Source: Candidatus Doudnabacteria bacterium
GTDB lineage: Bacteria > Patescibacteriota > Doudnabacteria > UBA920 > O2-02-FULL-48-8
Length of the DNA: 64,000 bases
Direction: 5' to 3'
Assembly: GCA_037200925.1 (NCBI GenBank)
Contig: JBBCGO010000001.1
Span: 511,698 to 575,697, forward strand
Part shown: one piece after another, positions 28,267 to 38,844 of the stretch
Layout of the letters: each line of letters opens with the position of its first letter
Position numbering within the stretch: position 1 is the first letter of the stretch
The notes under the pieces: generated by a model
The model's input: only the letters and a program-made list of their open reading frames with translations
The model's database searches: none
What the model was told of the DNA's origin: nothing
Translations under genes and position numbers: made by a program

Positions 28267-29430
28267 ATGACAAAGAAAATTTTAATTGTATCCCTCTTAT
28301 TAGGCTTAATTGCCACCTCCTGCAATAGAGTAGCGGATAACAAGCCTGCAAATGAAGTCGCGATTCCCCAACCTGGTACTTTGGAGAATTTTCAAAGCCA
28401 AAGCGCCAAGGAAGTGGAAAACCCTCAGCAAGGCTCACCTGCGCCTAAGCAAGATTCAACAGCACCAAATAAGACAGCTTCAGTTCCGGCTCATCCGCCC
28501 TGCTCAAATGGCGACAGTCAGAATTTTGAATGTTACGCCCAATATTATAAAAATTTAGTGGAAACCCAAGGTGTTCCTGCAGCCTTCACGAGCCTGCGGG
28601 CGGAATACGACCTCAACGCTTACGTCTCAGCCCAGTGTCATCCTCTGGCTCATGTCATCGGCCAGGCCGCAGTTGAAAAATACCCGACCGTAGCAGAGGC
28701 TTACACTCACGGCGACAGCTTTTGCTGGTCAGGATATTATCATGGAGTTTTGGAAGGAGTGGTGGCAAGGATCGGCAGGCAGAAAGTACCCGGCGCTTTG
28801 AATACTATCTGCGACGGCATTGTGGGCAAGGCCAGCTATTCATTCGATTATTATAACTGCGTCCACGGCCTAGGCCACGGCGTTATGGCGTTCACAAACG
28901 ATGAACTTTTTGATTCCCTGAAACTTTGCGACAAGATCAACGGGGATTGGGAGAAATCTTCCTGCTACAGCGGCGTGTTCATGGAAAACGTCATCGTTGA
29001 CAACAAGAATCATTTTACCAAATATCTGAATCCCGCCGATCCGCTCTATCCTTGCGATGCCGTGGATGCAAAATATAAAAGCACCTGTTACCTGATGCAG
29101 ACATCCTACATGCTGAAGGTCACGACCGGTAATTTCAAGAAGGTGTTTGAGCTGTGTTCCGGGGTGGAAGACGCTTACCGCTCAACCTGCTACCAGAGCC
29201 TCGGCCGGGACGCTTCTGGCAGAAGCAGCAGCAATGTGACTACAACCAAGAACACGTGCGAACTGGGGAAAAATTTTGAACAACAGTCCAACTGCGTCAT
29301 CGGAGCGGTCAAGGACTTTATTTCTTATTTTCATTCGGACACACAGGCCAAGCAATTATGCAACGCTTTGGCCGCCGATCTGCAAACTTTATGTTTGACC
29401 ACAACGGACAGTTATTACAAATCCTTCTAA
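28267..29430 (+). CDS. Cys-rich periodic-repeat lipoprotein (lipobox ...ATSC), unknown function
   Basis: Signal peptide + Cys; at least six repeats of C-x(11-15)-C-[YVH]-x-G spaced ~35-40 aa. Confidence 0.6.
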   Translation: MTKKILIVSLLLGLIATSCNRVADNKPANEVAIPQPGTLENFQSQSAKEVENPQQGSPAPKQDSTAPNKTASVPAHPPCSNGDSQNFECYAQYYKNLVETQGVPAAFTSLRAEYDLNAYVSAQCHPLAHVIGQAAVEKYPTVAEAYTHGDSFCWSGYYHGVLEGVVARIGRQKVPGALNTICDGIVGKASYSFDYYNCVHGLGHGVMAFTNDELFDSLKLCDKINGDWEKSSCYSGVFMENVIVDNKNHFTKYLNPADPLYPCDAVDAKYKSTCYLMQTSYMLKVTTGNFKKVFELCSGVEDAYRSTCYQSLGRDASGRSSSNVTTTKNTCELGKNFEQQSNCVIGAVKDFISYFHSDTQAKQLCNALAADLQTLCLTTTDSYYKSF

Positions 29431-29433
29431 CCT

Positions 29434-29568
29434 TTAGCGAGGGCGCTGCACAAAAAAAAAGAATTCTGAGGCCGAGTTGCATTACCGCAACGAGGCCGAG
29501 GACTTAGGCGATAAATTTGCAACCGGCAAATTTATGCCGTCTTTTTTTGCAGCACCTGAGCGGCCTAA
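29434..29568. repeat. MITE/REP-like palindromic element M copy A (TTTAGCGAGGGCGCTGCACAAAAAAA ... TTTTTTTGCAGCACCTGAGCGGCCTAAT) containing a 13-bp-stem hairpin + T7
   Basis: Shares both ends and internal GAGGCCGAG / hairpin architecture with copy at 37454; acts as bidirectional terminator between convergent lipoprotein gene and ndh. Confidence 0.7.
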
Positions 29569-30803
29569 TCATTCTTCATAAAGATCTTATTTTCGAACAG
29601 CCAGTAACTTAGCGCCTTGCTCCACGGCAGAACCGAAAGAAAATATCTCAAGTCAGCGCCTTTACGGATGACCCAGCCCCAAAAACCGGAAACAATGAGG
29701 TTCGGGCTGTACATCACGGCAAATTTACCCGTGACCGGGATGACATAGCGGGTGGACCCGGGCTGATAAGGCACCAGGGATTTGCCGCGGATCATCCGGT
29801 AAATATTTTTTGCCACAAACTTCGCTTGATTGATGGCTTCTTGCGCTGTTTGCGGCATTAATTTTTTGCTTACCGGATCACTAAAGCACAGGTTGTCTCC
29901 GGCGATAAATATATTGGAGTAGTTTTGAAGATTCAAGCTTGGGGTTGTCAGTGTTCGGTCTTTTTTATCCGTTTCCTGAATGTAATCCACGGGCAGACGG
30001 CATGACCGCACGCCGCCGGTCCAGATGAGCAGGTCGCATTCCAGCCGCTCTTTCATGTTCAAGGTCACAAAATCTTTGCCAAGTTCAGTGATCAGGGCTG
30101 AAAATCTAGTCTCAATGCCCATCTGGCTGATCCGGGCGGAAACGATGGAGGAAACTTTTTCCGAAAGTCCGCTCAGTAGGCCCGGTCCGCCTTCCACAAC
30201 CAATATCTTGAATTTATCCAGATCTTTTCCGTGATACATACACTCATGCTTCAGAAGATTGTGCAGTTCGCCGGCAAATTCCGTGCCGGAAAACCCGCCG
30301 CCGCCGACTATGAACTGGGCGTGGTCTTTTTTCACGACCAGATCCTCAACGCGGTTGCGGATCATGATCGCATCTTCCAGGCTTTTAAGGGTAAAGCCAA
30401 ATTTTTCCAGATTAGTAATGCCGTAAAAATCCGAAATACTGCCCAAAGCGCAGACCAGATAGTCAAATGGAATTATTCTTGAGTCAGTTATCACTTTGCT
30501 GCCTGCGGTGTCGATCCTGTCCACGAAACCCTTGAAGACTTTGACTTTGGTCTTGCCGAATATATCGGAGAATGGAATAGTCACTGTGCGCTTGACCTTT
30601 TTTGCTTCCACCAGCCGATGCTCAGTGGTGGCCGCTTCATACAGTCCGGCCTGATAAGTCTGGTAATCCTTGTGGTCAACCAGAATAATCTCATACTCAT
30701 CGCTGTCATGCAGGTAATTGTTCAGGTCCAAGGCCGCGCGGACGCCGGCAAATCCGCCGCCGACGATCACAATATTCTTTTTTACTAGATTATTTTTTTT
30801 CAT
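29565..30803 (-). CDS. ndh: Type II NADH dehydrogenase (NDH-2) / FAD-dependent pyridine nucleotide-disulfide oxidoreductase
   Basis: IVIVGGGFAGV and second Rossmann GGGFSGTE. Confidence 0.8.
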   Translation of the reverse strand: MKKNNLVKKNIVIVGGGFAGVRAALDLNNYLHDSDEYEIILVDHKDYQTYQAGLYEAATTEHRLVEAKKVKRTVTIPFSDIFGKTKVKVFKGFVDRIDTAGSKVITDSRIIPFDYLVCALGSISDFYGITNLEKFGFTLKSLEDAIMIRNRVEDLVVKKDHAQFIVGGGGFSGTEFAGELHNLLKHECMYHGKDLDKFKILVVEGGPGLLSGLSEKVSSIVSARISQMGIETRFSALITELGKDFVTLNMKERLECDLLIWTGGVRSCRLPVDYIQETDKKDRTLTTPSLNLQNYSNIFIAGDNLCFSDPVSKKLMPQTAQEAINQAKFVAKNIYRMIRGKSLVPYQPGSTRYVIPVTGKFAVMYSPNLIVSGFWGWVIRKGADLRYFLSVLPWSKALSYWLFENKIFMKND

Positions 30804-30874
30804 CCCTTGTTCCCGCTGTGAGCAGTTTCATAAAAAAAGCACTTTAATTATACCACAAGTGCTGTTTAGTTTAT

Positions 30875-31138
30875 TTATAGATGCCCTGTAATTTTCAGAT
30901 CATCGATCTGCCTGTTCAAGTGAGAGATATCAGCTTCCAGTTTTAATATTTGATGATAAAGTTGTTCGCTCTTTTCCCGTTCTTCCTCCGTCCCGGAGCT
31001 GTACATAACGAGCGTACGCGATATGCTGAATTCTGCCTTGGCCTGTTCCAGCTCCTTAACTGCGTCGCTGCGCTTGCTCATCAAGGATTCCAGCGATTCA
31101 GGAGCAAACTCTTCTCTGTCAATTTCCGGGTTCATCAT
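30875..31138 (-). CDS. Hypothetical small acidic coiled-coil protein (87 aa)
   Basis: ATGA overlap with rluB stop suggests translational coupling. Confidence 0.45.
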   Translation of the reverse strand: MMNPEIDREEFAPESLESLMSKRSDAVKELEQAKAEFSISRTLVMYSSGTEEEREKSEQLYHQILKLEADISHLNRQIDDLKITGHL

Positions 31139-31818
31139 ACGATCTCAGATTTACCGATAATTTTATATTGTCCCAATTGTAAATCATTCAACTTTAATTT
31201 TCCGATCCTGATCCTCTTTAAATTGCGGACAGAATAACCCAATTCCCCGAACATCTTGCGAATTTGGCGGTTCCAGCCCTCGTGGATAGTAATATACACT
31301 GTGGTGCCGTTCGTGCGGATCTTGGCTGGCGCAGTTTTTTTCCCGTCTATCATCATCCCGCCTTGGATCTTCTCAATTCGGCCGGCAGAAAGTTCTTTAT
31401 CCAAAGTCACTTCATATTCCTTTTCATGTTCTTTTGAAGGATGCGTCAGTGTCTGGGTCAATTCCCCGTCATTGGTGAAGATCAGCAGGCCTTCAGTGTC
31501 AAAATCCAATCTTCCGACCGGCCAAACAATATTTTTTAAGTTTGCCGGCAGCAATTCAAACACTGTCCGCCGCTTTCTGGGATCATTCCGGGTGGTGATA
31601 TACCTCTTCGGTTTGTTCAATGCAAGATAAACCAATTTTTGCAGGCCGATCTTTTTACCGTTGACCTCGATCTTGTCTTTGTCAGTATCAACTTTAGTGC
31701 CAAGTTCCCTGACAACTTTGCCGTTGACCTTGACCTTGCCCGCGGTGATCAGATCTTCCGCATGCCGGCGGGAAGCGACCCCGGCCCCGGAAATGAATTT
31801 TTGCAGCCGTTCCAGCAT
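31135..31818 (-). CDS. rluB: Pseudouridine synthase RsuA/RluB family (S4 domain + catalytic domain)
   Basis: S4 domain [24 protein letters not shown]; VGRLDFDTEGLLIFTNDG. Confidence 0.85.
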   Translation of the reverse strand: MLERLQKFISGAGVASRRHAEDLITAGKVKVNGKVVRELGTKVDTDKDKIEVNGKKIGLQKLVYLALNKPKRYITTRNDPRKRRTVFELLPANLKNIVWPVGRLDFDTEGLLIFTNDGELTQTLTHPSKEHEKEYEVTLDKELSAGRIEKIQGGMMIDGKKTAPAKIRTNGTTVYITIHEGWNRQIRKMFGELGYSVRNLKRIRIGKLKLNDLQLGQYKIIGKSEIV

Positions 31819-32300
31819 CAGCTGGATCCAATCAGGTAACCTGCCAAAAAAACCAGCGCGCCGCCGACAACGACCTGGACCATGGAAAGAAAAAAATTCA
31901 TCTTCATGTATTTGTAGCGGATAAAAGCAATGGAGATCAATTCGATCCCGACGATTATATAGGCAAAATATAAAGCGTGGTTTAGGTTGACAAGCAAGAA
32001 AGGCAGGGTGTGAAAGATCCCGCCCAAAAAGGTCATAAGGCCGGTAATGCCGCCGCGGATGATCGGATGCCCGCGGCCGGTGAGGATCCCGTCATCGGAA
32101 AGCCCTTCGGCAAACGCCATGCTGATGCCGGCGCCGGTAGCCGCAGCCGTGCCGATGAGAAAAGCGATGTGAGTGTTATGCGTGGCGAAAGCCGTAGCAA
32201 ACAAGGGAGCCAGCGTGGATACTGAGCCGTCCATCAAGCCCAACAGGCCCGGTTGGATGACCTTGCGCAAAAAATGAGAGTCTTGTTGTGTATCTGGCAT
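31818..32300 (-). CDS. VIT1/CCC1 family Fe/Mn transporter-like membrane protein
   Basis: [14 protein letters not shown]...AEGLSDDG pattern of VIT family. Confidence 0.6.
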   Translation of the reverse strand: MPDTQQDSHFLRKVIQPGLLGLMDGSVSTLAPLFATAFATHNTHIAFLIGTAAATGAGISMAFAEGLSDDGILTGRGHPIIRGGITGLMTFLGGIFHTLPFLLVNLNHALYFAYIIVGIELISIAFIRYKYMKMNFFLSMVQVVVGGALVFLAGYLIGSS

Positions 32301-32347
32301 ATGAGTATATCTTACCTAAATTTGGACAAAAAGAAAAAGCCGAAGAG

Positions 32348-32830
32348 TCAGTGAACATCTTTCGGCGTGTGGGATGAACGTTCCGGAGGAAAGGGCTTTT
32401 CGTCCGCCAATTGCGGTCCGAGTCGCTTGGCGATCGTGCTGACCCGAACAATGTCCTTAAGATAAACCAGCTCGTTCCCAGTTTCGCTGCTGCCGACCCT
32501 CAACAGCAGGACGCCGTGAGATTCGGAAAGATCAAGGACAGTACCTTCGATCCACCCGCTGCCGTTGATGAAAAGCTTGATCAGGCCACTGCCCGAAGTT
32601 CGCGCATATTGGATCATGCGGACTTTTGACTCCGATTCCCGGCGTTCCGGCACCCTCGGCGGGATGAATTCAGTTATAGGATGGTCGGGCATGGTAAGCA
32701 GGATCACGAATTCGCCCACGGCGATCAGGGAGATCAGCACAACCCACGTGACATGCTCCATGAAGGGAAAAAAAGCTTTGCCGAAAAGAAGGCAGGCCGA
32801 AAGTGATGAAACCCATCTGATCCTTCGCAT
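32348..32830 (-). CDS. Hypothetical membrane-anchored protein with Sm-like/beta-barrel-like C-terminal region
   Basis: GGAGGA RBS 4 nt before ATG; N-terminal TM helix. Confidence 0.5.
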   Translation of the reverse strand: MRRIRWVSSLSACLLFGKAFFPFMEHVTWVVLISLIAVGEFVILLTMPDHPITEFIPPRVPERRESESKVRMIQYARTSGSGLIKLFINGSGWIEGTVLDLSESHGVLLLRVGSSETGNELVYLKDIVRVSTIAKRLGPQLADEKPFPPERSSHTPKDVH

Positions 32831-32902
32831 GCAGTCCTCCTATGAAAAACTGGCAAAAATTCAGAAATATATTTACGTCCAAACTTTTGCCAATTTATTT
32901 TC

Positions 32903-32977
32903 TGGTGGGTGTGGCGCGGATCGAACGCGCGACCCTCTGCTTAAAAGGCAGGTGCTCTACCACTGAGCTACACACCC
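32903..32977 (-). tRNA. tRNA-Lys (anticodon TTT), CCA encoded
   Basis: GGGTGTGTAGCTCAGTGGTAGAGCACCTGCCTTTTAAGCAGAGGGTCGCGCGTTCGATCCGCGCCACACCCACCA; anticodon loop CTTTTAA. Confidence 0.85.
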
Positions 32978-33138
32978 TCTCGTCGCAATTGCCGAACACT
33001 TCGCATTTTTTGCGAAACAAAAAAATGCTACGGTCTGGGCATTGCTCCTCTCAATTTCAAATGCAATTTTTAGCCCTTGGTCAGCATTTGAAATTGTAAT
33101 TAAAAGGCTTATTTATTATACAGATTTTCTGGAATTTT

Positions 33139-34278
33139 TCAAGACTTGAACTTGCTCCAAAATCCTTCATCCACATCCACGGCTTCGCCTTTTTCTTGAG
33201 CAATTTGTTTGAACAATTCTTTTTCTTTCTTGTTCAGCTTGGTAGGAGTAACCACGTGCACGGTCACCAAATGATCTCCGCGGCCGGAGCCGTTTAAGAC
33301 AGGCACTCCCCGGCTTTTCAGCCGAAAAACCTTGCCGGTCTGAGTACCCGCCGGGATCTTCAGCTTCACCGGCCCATCCACGGTCTGAACTTCAACTTCT
33401 GTACCCAAGGCGGCCTGATAAAAACTTAAAGGCGCTTCGGAATAGATCGTGCTGCCTTCACGTTTGAAATTTTTGTCTCCTGACACATGCAGCTGCAGAT
33501 ACAAATCGCCGAAATTAGAGCCTTTGTATCCCACTTCGCCTTCGTTCGGGATACGGATCCTTTGCCCATCCTCAACTCCGGCCGGAATTTTGATGTTCAG
33601 GGTTTTAGTCCGTCTGACGTGGCCTGAGCCTTTGCATTCCGTACATGCTCTTTCTGCGACCTTGCCGGTGCCGTCGCATTCATCGCACGTCGCGGTAGAG
33701 GCCAGCTGGCCGAATATCGTCCGGCGGGAGGTCCTGATCTGTCCCTGGCCATGGCATTTGGGGCAGGTCATTATCTTGCTTCCCGGTTCAGCCCCCGATC
33801 CTTTGCAATGAGGACAAGCGTCCGCTTTTTCCAAAGTTATTTCTTTTTCCACGCCAAATACCGCTTCTTCAAAAGTCAGATAAACTTCCATTTCCAGGTC
33901 CACGCCCCGCTCGCGCCGGGCGCGCCGGGTCGCGGTCTGGCCTCCGCCAAAAATATCGGAAAAAATATCGAAAGCATCTTCAAATTCCACGCCGCCATTG
34001 AAGCCCTGCGAAAAATTGGAGAAATCAAAGCCGTTGAAACCCGGCCCTCCTGCTCCCTGCGCCGTGTTCTGGAAGTTTGCGCCAAGGCGGTCAAACTGAG
34101 CCCGCTTATTCGGATCAGACAAGACCTGATAAGCTTCGTTTATCTCCTTGAACTTTCCCTCATTGCCCTTGTTCTTATCAGGATGGTGTTCGTGGGCCAA
34201 TTTGCGGTAAGCTTTTTTTATCTCGTCAGCGGAAGCCGTTTTCGAAACACCTAAAGTTTGATAATAATCAGCGGCCAT
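33139..34278 (-). CDS. dnaJ: Chaperone DnaJ
   Basis: J-domain HPD ([16 protein letters not shown]), G/F region, four CxxCxGxG Zn motifs; start at MAADYY. Confidence 0.95.
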   Translation of the reverse strand: MAADYYQTLGVSKTASADEIKKAYRKLAHEHHPDKNKGNEGKFKEINEAYQVLSDPNKRAQFDRLGANFQNTAQGAGGPGFNGFDFSNFSQGFNGGVEFEDAFDIFSDIFGGGQTATRRARRERGVDLEMEVYLTFEEAVFGVEKEITLEKADACPHCKGSGAEPGSKIMTCPKCHGQGQIRTSRRTIFGQLASTATCDECDGTGKVAERACTECKGSGHVRRTKTLNIKIPAGVEDGQRIRIPNEGEVGYKGSNFGDLYLQLHVSGDKNFKREGSTIYSEAPLSFYQAALGTEVEVQTVDGPVKLKIPAGTQTGKVFRLKSRGVPVLNGSGRGDHLVTVHVVTPTKLNKKEKELFKQIAQEKGEAVDVDEGFWSKFKS

Positions 34279-34282
34279 AAAT

Positions 34283-35176
34283 TTATATGTCCAATTTCTC
34301 CACCTCAATCTCGACTTTGGTTAATTTGAAAAATTTCAACGCCAATAATATCTTATACAGCAGCCAGCAGACTATTTGCGTCGCCCAGTTAAGCAAGAAT
34401 GCAAATGTCAGAAGCAAGCCCGTGACAATGATCGCGAAAACAAACGGGAAATAATTCTGGTAATTTGCCGTAGCCTGCTTTATCTTGTCCGTAGCGATCT
34501 GAGCGAACACATCCGCCAGAGTCTGGTTGCCTGACACGGCTTTGATCTGAAACTGGTTGAAAAAATTATCGCGGTATTGCTTTATTATGGAAGGATTTGT
34601 GGTCTGTGCCTGCGACGACAAAAATTGGTCAAGCGTCTGGTTAAAATCAACGCCGGTGGGCAGGTCTTTGGTAAAATACGGCACAGTTTTGGCTGCCGCC
34701 TGCCCTAAGCGCTCGTAATAAGCGTCAGGATTTGCCTTAAAGTCCGCCTGCGTATTGTAATAAACATTGCACCCGATCAGAAGCAGAATAGCGTAGATCA
34801 TGACCGAGACGCTGTTTGAGATCACGCGCCGCATGGAAAAATCAACAGAGTTCTTTTCTTCGGACCTGATGCGCCATTCATAGAAGAACATCAGCAACAG
34901 GAAGATCGCTCCACCCAGGATCACAATTACGTCTTTGGGCATCAGTACCACATAACCCGCAACTATCAGTATCGGAACGATCACGCGGATCATGTGATTC
35001 CTGTTGGTCAGTAAAAAAAATGTCAGAAATGAAATGCCAAAGAGTGTTGTGAGCACAAACCAGACCCAAAAGATCGGAGGCTTCCCATGGTAGATCGCCT
35101 GGTTCAAAAGCACCCAGTCAAGCACCCAGAAGGCGATTGAGATCAAAGCTAATATTATTATTTTTGTGTTTTTCAT
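34283..35176 (-). CDS. Hypothetical polytopic membrane protein
   Basis: Multiple hydrophobic helices; between DUF3467 gene and dnaJ. Confidence 0.55.
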   Translation of the reverse strand: MKNTKIIILALISIAFWVLDWVLLNQAIYHGKPPIFWVWFVLTTLFGISFLTFFLLTNRNHMIRVIVPILIVAGYVVLMPKDVIVILGGAIFLLLMFFYEWRIRSEEKNSVDFSMRRVISNSVSVMIYAILLLIGCNVYYNTQADFKANPDAYYERLGQAAAKTVPYFTKDLPTGVDFNQTLDQFLSSQAQTTNPSIIKQYRDNFFNQFQIKAVSGNQTLADVFAQIATDKIKQATANYQNYFPFVFAIIVTGLLLTFAFLLNWATQIVCWLLYKILLALKFFKLTKVEIEVEKLDI

Positions 35177-35210
35177 ATGGATTAGGGTTGATATGCCACT
35201 GGCATATCAA

Positions 35211-35540
35211 CTACTTACTGCCGAACCCAAAACCCCGGTCAGAAGTTGAAGAAGGGGCTACCGGCGCTTGCGGGTTCTGATCCGCGATCTTTCCGAACTG
35301 CTCTTCATACTTCTTCAGATTGTCGCTCAGGGCTGCGACTATGCGCTTGAAATGCCCGGGATTGGTAATGACTTTTGCCGTGGCAATGCCCTGGCCCGGA
35401 GGCGGGAAAAAAGTGATGTTGATGAAATCCAGAATGAACTCTTCTTTGGTGTGCGAAACGAACATGTTGTTCGCATAAGCACCCTTCAGAACATCATCCG
35501 TAATTTTAACATTAATATTCTGCTGCTGTGGGGTATCCAT
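35211..35540 (-). CDS. DUF3467-like protein
   Basis: NVKITDDVLKGAYANNMFVSHTKEEFILDF pattern; position next to dnaK. Confidence 0.6.
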   Translation of the reverse strand: MDTPQQQNINVKITDDVLKGAYANNMFVSHTKEEFILDFINITFFPPPGQGIATAKVITNPGHFKRIVAALSDNLKKYEEQFGKIADQNPQAPVAPSSTSDRGFGFGSK

Positions 35541-35566
35541 AGGTTTCCTTTCTAAGGATTACTTAA

Positions 35567-37438
35567 TTATTTTTTATCCTTACTTACATCCTTAAATTCT
35601 GCATCAACGGATCCTTCTGCGCCTTGGTCGGGATTAGGCTCCGAATCTGTCGGTGAACCAGGCTGTTGCGGAGGTGTCTGCTGATACATGGCTGCGCCGA
35701 CTTTCTGAATGCTTGCCGACAGTTCATCCATGGCTTTTTTGATCGGATCCAATTCCGGTTTGTCCTTCACGCCTTTCAAAGCCTCAATTTTATCCGTGAC
35801 GTCTTTTTTGTCAGCCTCCGGCACTTTATCGCCGGCATCTTTCAGGGTGCGTTCCGAAACGGAAATTAAAGTATCAGCTTGATTGCGGGTTTCTATCACT
35901 TCACGATTCTTCTTATCCTCTTCCGCGTGGGCTTCCGCTTCCTTTTTCATGCGCTCCACTTCGTCTTTGGAAAGATTCGATGAACCTGTGATAGTGATGT
36001 TCTGCGATTTGCCAGATGCTTTGTCTTTGGCCGTGACTTTCAGAATCCCGTTGGCGTCAATATCAAATGTAACTTCCACCTGCGGCACTCCCCGGGGAGC
36101 TGGCGGCAGGCCATCCAGATGAAACCGGCCCAAAGATTTATTGGCCGAGGCCAGCGGCCGTTCGCCCTGCACCACATTTATCTCAACCGAGGTCTGATTA
36201 TCAGCCGCGGTAGAGAAGGTCTGCGTTTTGGAAGTTGGGATAGTAGTATTTCGTTCTATCAAAGGCGTGGCCACGCCACCCAATGTTTCCAGGCCCAGGG
36301 TCAGAGGCGTGACATCCAGCAAAAGAATTTCTTTACCGGCAACATCGCCGGACAAAACTCCGGCTTGCACTGCAGCGCCTTTGGCTACTGCTTCCATAGG
36401 GTCAATGCCCCTTTCTACCTGCTTGCCGATGTACTCTTCCACGAACTTGGCCACGACCGGCATGCGCGTAGGGCCGCCGACCAGAATAATTTTGGCAATA
36501 TCATTCGGTGTCAGCTTGGCATCGGTCAGAGCCTGCTCCACGGGATGCTTCATTCGCGCCACTATCGGCTTTACCAGTTCCTCAAGCTTGGACCGGGTCA
36601 GTTTCATGTTCAAATGCTTGGGGCCCTGGGCATCGGCTGAGATGAACGGCAGGTTAAGATCAGTTTCTAGAGTGGTTGAAAGTTCAATTTTGGCTTTCTC
36701 AACCGCCTCACGCACGCGGTTCATGGCCATTTTATCTGCGGTGAGGTCCAGTCCGGTCTCGCGTTTGAATTCCGAAACTACAAAGTCTATCAAAGCCTGG
36801 TCCATGTCCTTGCCGCCGAGCTGCGTGTCGCCCGAGGTGGACAAAACTTCAAACGTTGCCTGACCTTCGGACTCGCCGAAGTCCATGATGGTCACATCCA
36901 GAGTGCCGCCGCCCAAGTCAAATACTAAAATTTTCTGGTCTTTGCCTGTTTTATCCAAACCGTAAGCAAACGCAGCCGCTGTCGGCTCATTGATCACGCG
37001 TACAACTTCCAGACCTGCGATCTCGCCGGCGTTTTTCGTGGCCTGCCTTTGGCTGTCGTCAAAGTAGGCGGGAACTGTGATCACGGCTTTGGCCACCGGC
37101 TCGCCCAAGTATGCTTCCGCATCTTTTTTTATCTTCTGCAGAAGAAATGCGGATAGCTGTTCCGGTGCATATTCTTTTCCTTGCAGTTTATACTTAAAGT
37201 TCGTGCCCATTTTGCGCTTGAATTCAAACGCCGTGCCCTCGGGGTTCGTTACGGCCTGTCGTCTGGCCGGTTCCCCGACCAAAAGCTGGCCGTCTTTGGT
37301 AAACGCAACATAAGACGGGAAGGCTTTGCCGGCCATGGTCTGGCCTTCGGCAGATGGGATGATGACGGGCTTGCCCGCTTCCATCACCGCCGCGGCACTA
37401 TTTGATGTTCCTAAATCTATTCCTATAATTTTCGGCAT
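35567..37438 (-). CDS. dnaK: Chaperone DnaK (Hsp70)
   Basis: [22 protein letters not shown] signatures. Confidence 0.97.
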   Translation of the reverse strand: MPKIIGIDLGTSNSAAAVMEAGKPVIIPSAEGQTMAGKAFPSYVAFTKDGQLLVGEPARRQAVTNPEGTAFEFKRKMGTNFKYKLQGKEYAPEQLSAFLLQKIKKDAEAYLGEPVAKAVITVPAYFDDSQRQATKNAGEIAGLEVVRVINEPTAAAFAYGLDKTGKDQKILVFDLGGGTLDVTIMDFGESEGQATFEVLSTSGDTQLGGKDMDQALIDFVVSEFKRETGLDLTADKMAMNRVREAVEKAKIELSTTLETDLNLPFISADAQGPKHLNMKLTRSKLEELVKPIVARMKHPVEQALTDAKLTPNDIAKIILVGGPTRMPVVAKFVEEYIGKQVERGIDPMEAVAKGAAVQAGVLSGDVAGKEILLLDVTPLTLGLETLGGVATPLIERNTTIPTSKTQTFSTAADNQTSVEINVVQGERPLASANKSLGRFHLDGLPPAPRGVPQVEVTFDIDANGILKVTAKDKASGKSQNITITGSSNLSKDEVERMKKEAEAHAEEDKKNREVIETRNQADTLISVSERTLKDAGDKVPEADKKDVTDKIEALKGVKDKPELDPIKKAMDELSASIQKVGAAMYQQTPPQQPGSPTDSEPNPDQGAEGSVDAEFKDVSKDKK

Positions 37439-37453
37439 ACTTCATATCCTTTC

Positions 37454-37560
37454 TTTAGCGAGGGTGTTGCAGAAAAAAGAATTGCGAGCCGCTTTCCAAT
37501 GCGGTGAGCCTTAGTCCGCTTCAGCGGACGTCTTTTTTCGCAATACCCGAGCGCCTTATT
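37454..37560. repeat. MITE/REP-like palindromic element M copy B (TTTAGCGAGGGTGTTGCAGAAAAAAGAATT ... GTCTTTTTTCGCAATACCCGAGCGCCTTATT), inside grpE-dnaK intergenic spacer
   Basis: Ends and internal organisation match copy A at 29434. Confidence 0.7.
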
Positions 37561-38008
37561 TTCCCACAGCGACCTTGGCGGGAATTATTACTTTATTATT
37601 TAATGTAAATCCGGGTTGTAATTCTTTTACGATTCTCCCAGGGGGCTGGCCTTCAATTTCTTCCACTGCTTCATGTATTTCGTGATCAAACTGCTCGCCT
37701 ACTGTTTTTATCTTCACAACTCCCAGCTCTTCCATGGATTTTTCCAATTGCTGTATTGTGGCTTTCAGTCCTGTGAGCCAATCTTTATACTTCTCATCAT
37801 CCGGCGCATAAAACAGAACTTGTTCCAGGCTTTGCAGAGAAGGCATCAGCCTTATGACTGCCATTTCCTTGGCAAACTCAAACAGTTCTTTGGATTCCGC
37901 TTCCTTGCGCTTCTTATAATTCTCAAAGTCCGCCGCTGTCCGCTTCCAGTTGGCGGTCAATTGGGCGATCTGGTCTTCCGGACTTAAAATCTCTGGTTCA
38001 TCTGACAT
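37556..38008 (-). CDS. grpE: Nucleotide exchange factor GrpE
   Basis: Typical GrpE C-terminal region; overlaps hrcA end. Confidence 0.9.
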   Translation of the reverse strand: MSDEPEILSPEDQIAQLTANWKRTAADFENYKKRKEAESKELFEFAKEMAVIRLMPSLQSLEQVLFYAPDDEKYKDWLTGLKATIQQLEKSMEELGVVKIKTVGEQFDHEIHEAVEEIEGQPPGRIVKELQPGFTLNNKVIIPAKVAVGK

Positions 38009-38732
38009 AAGTTATCAATATAATTACTGCTGCACCTGAAATTATTTTCGCCAAATAATTAATGATAGACAGATTCTTGGCATAAGACATGCGTTTCGGC
38101 CCGATGATGCCGATCACGCCTTTTTTGCCGCCCGGCATGTTGACATTGGAAACCACAAGGCTCAAATTCTTCGGCACCGGCACAGGCGATTCGCCGCCGA
38201 TGATGGCTTCAGCCGTAACTTCTGATTTTTTCACCAGCTTGTTTGCTGTCTGATCAATGTTTTCCAAAAGCTGGGCTACCTGCTTCATGGTCTTAGGGTC
38301 GCTGAATTCCGGATCCCCGATAATATGCGACAGACCCGTGGCGGATGACTGGTTTGGCAAAAGCGCAAAGGCGGCTTGCCCGGAAACCTGGGCCAAAAGA
38401 TTGGAAATAGACCGGCCCAACTGTTCGTGGGCCGCAGAAAGTTTCATCAGTTCGCTTTTCAGCATTTTCCGCTCTTTTTCCGATAGCTCAAACCTGCGCA
38501 TCAGTTCGTTCACAAAGAACCGGTAGCCTTTATCCGTAGGTACCCGTCCTGCGGATTTATGGGGCTGCATGATAAAGCCTGCTTTTTCCAGCTCGCTCAT
38601 ATCATTGCGGATAGTAGCAGAGCTGACCTTGAGGCCATAGCGCTCCACGATCTCCTTGGACCCCACCGGATTGGCGGTTTCCGAGTATTCCTTAACTATC
38701 GCGGCTAATATCTTTTGATGACGTAATTCCAT
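37998..38732 (-). CDS. hrcA: Heat-inducible transcription repressor HrcA
   Basis: MELRHQKILAAIVKEYSETANPVGSKEI; start at Met8 of track ORF. Confidence 0.9.
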   Translation of the reverse strand: MELRHQKILAAIVKEYSETANPVGSKEIVERYGLKVSSATIRNDMSELEKAGFIMQPHKSAGRVPTDKGYRFFVNELMRRFELSEKERKMLKSELMKLSAAHEQLGRSISNLLAQVSGQAAFALLPNQSSATGLSHIIGDPEFSDPKTMKQVAQLLENIDQTANKLVKKSEVTAEAIIGGESPVPVPKNLSLVVSNVNMPGGKKGVIGIIGPKRMSYAKNLSIINYLAKIISGAAVIILITYVR

Positions 38733-38746
38733 ATTTAAACCCCTTT

Positions 38747-38773
38747 TTAGCACTCCAAGCCTGCGAGTGCCAA
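38747..38773. promoter_or_regulatory. CIRCE operator 1 (TTAGCACTC-N9-GAGTGCCAA)
   Basis: 8/9 + 9/9... matches CIRCE consensus TTAGCACTC-N9-GAGTGCTAA; 15 nt upstream of hrcA ATG. Confidence 0.85.
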
Positions 38774-38793
38774 CCGTAATTTATATTTTAATA

Positions 38794-38820
38794 CTGGCAC
38801 TCTAGGTTGTCAAGTGCTAA
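38794..38820. promoter_or_regulatory. CIRCE operator 2 (CTGGCACTC-N9-AAGTGCTAA)
   Basis: Second CIRCE-like inverted repeat 21 nt from first, 25 nt upstream of divergent small ORF. Confidence 0.7.
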
Positions 38821-38844
38821 AATGGATTGGTCAGGAGGACAATT

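Noticed and set aside
36119-36863. 173-aa and 211-aa plus-strand ORFs inside dnaK
   Set aside because: Antisense to the highly conserved DnaK gene.
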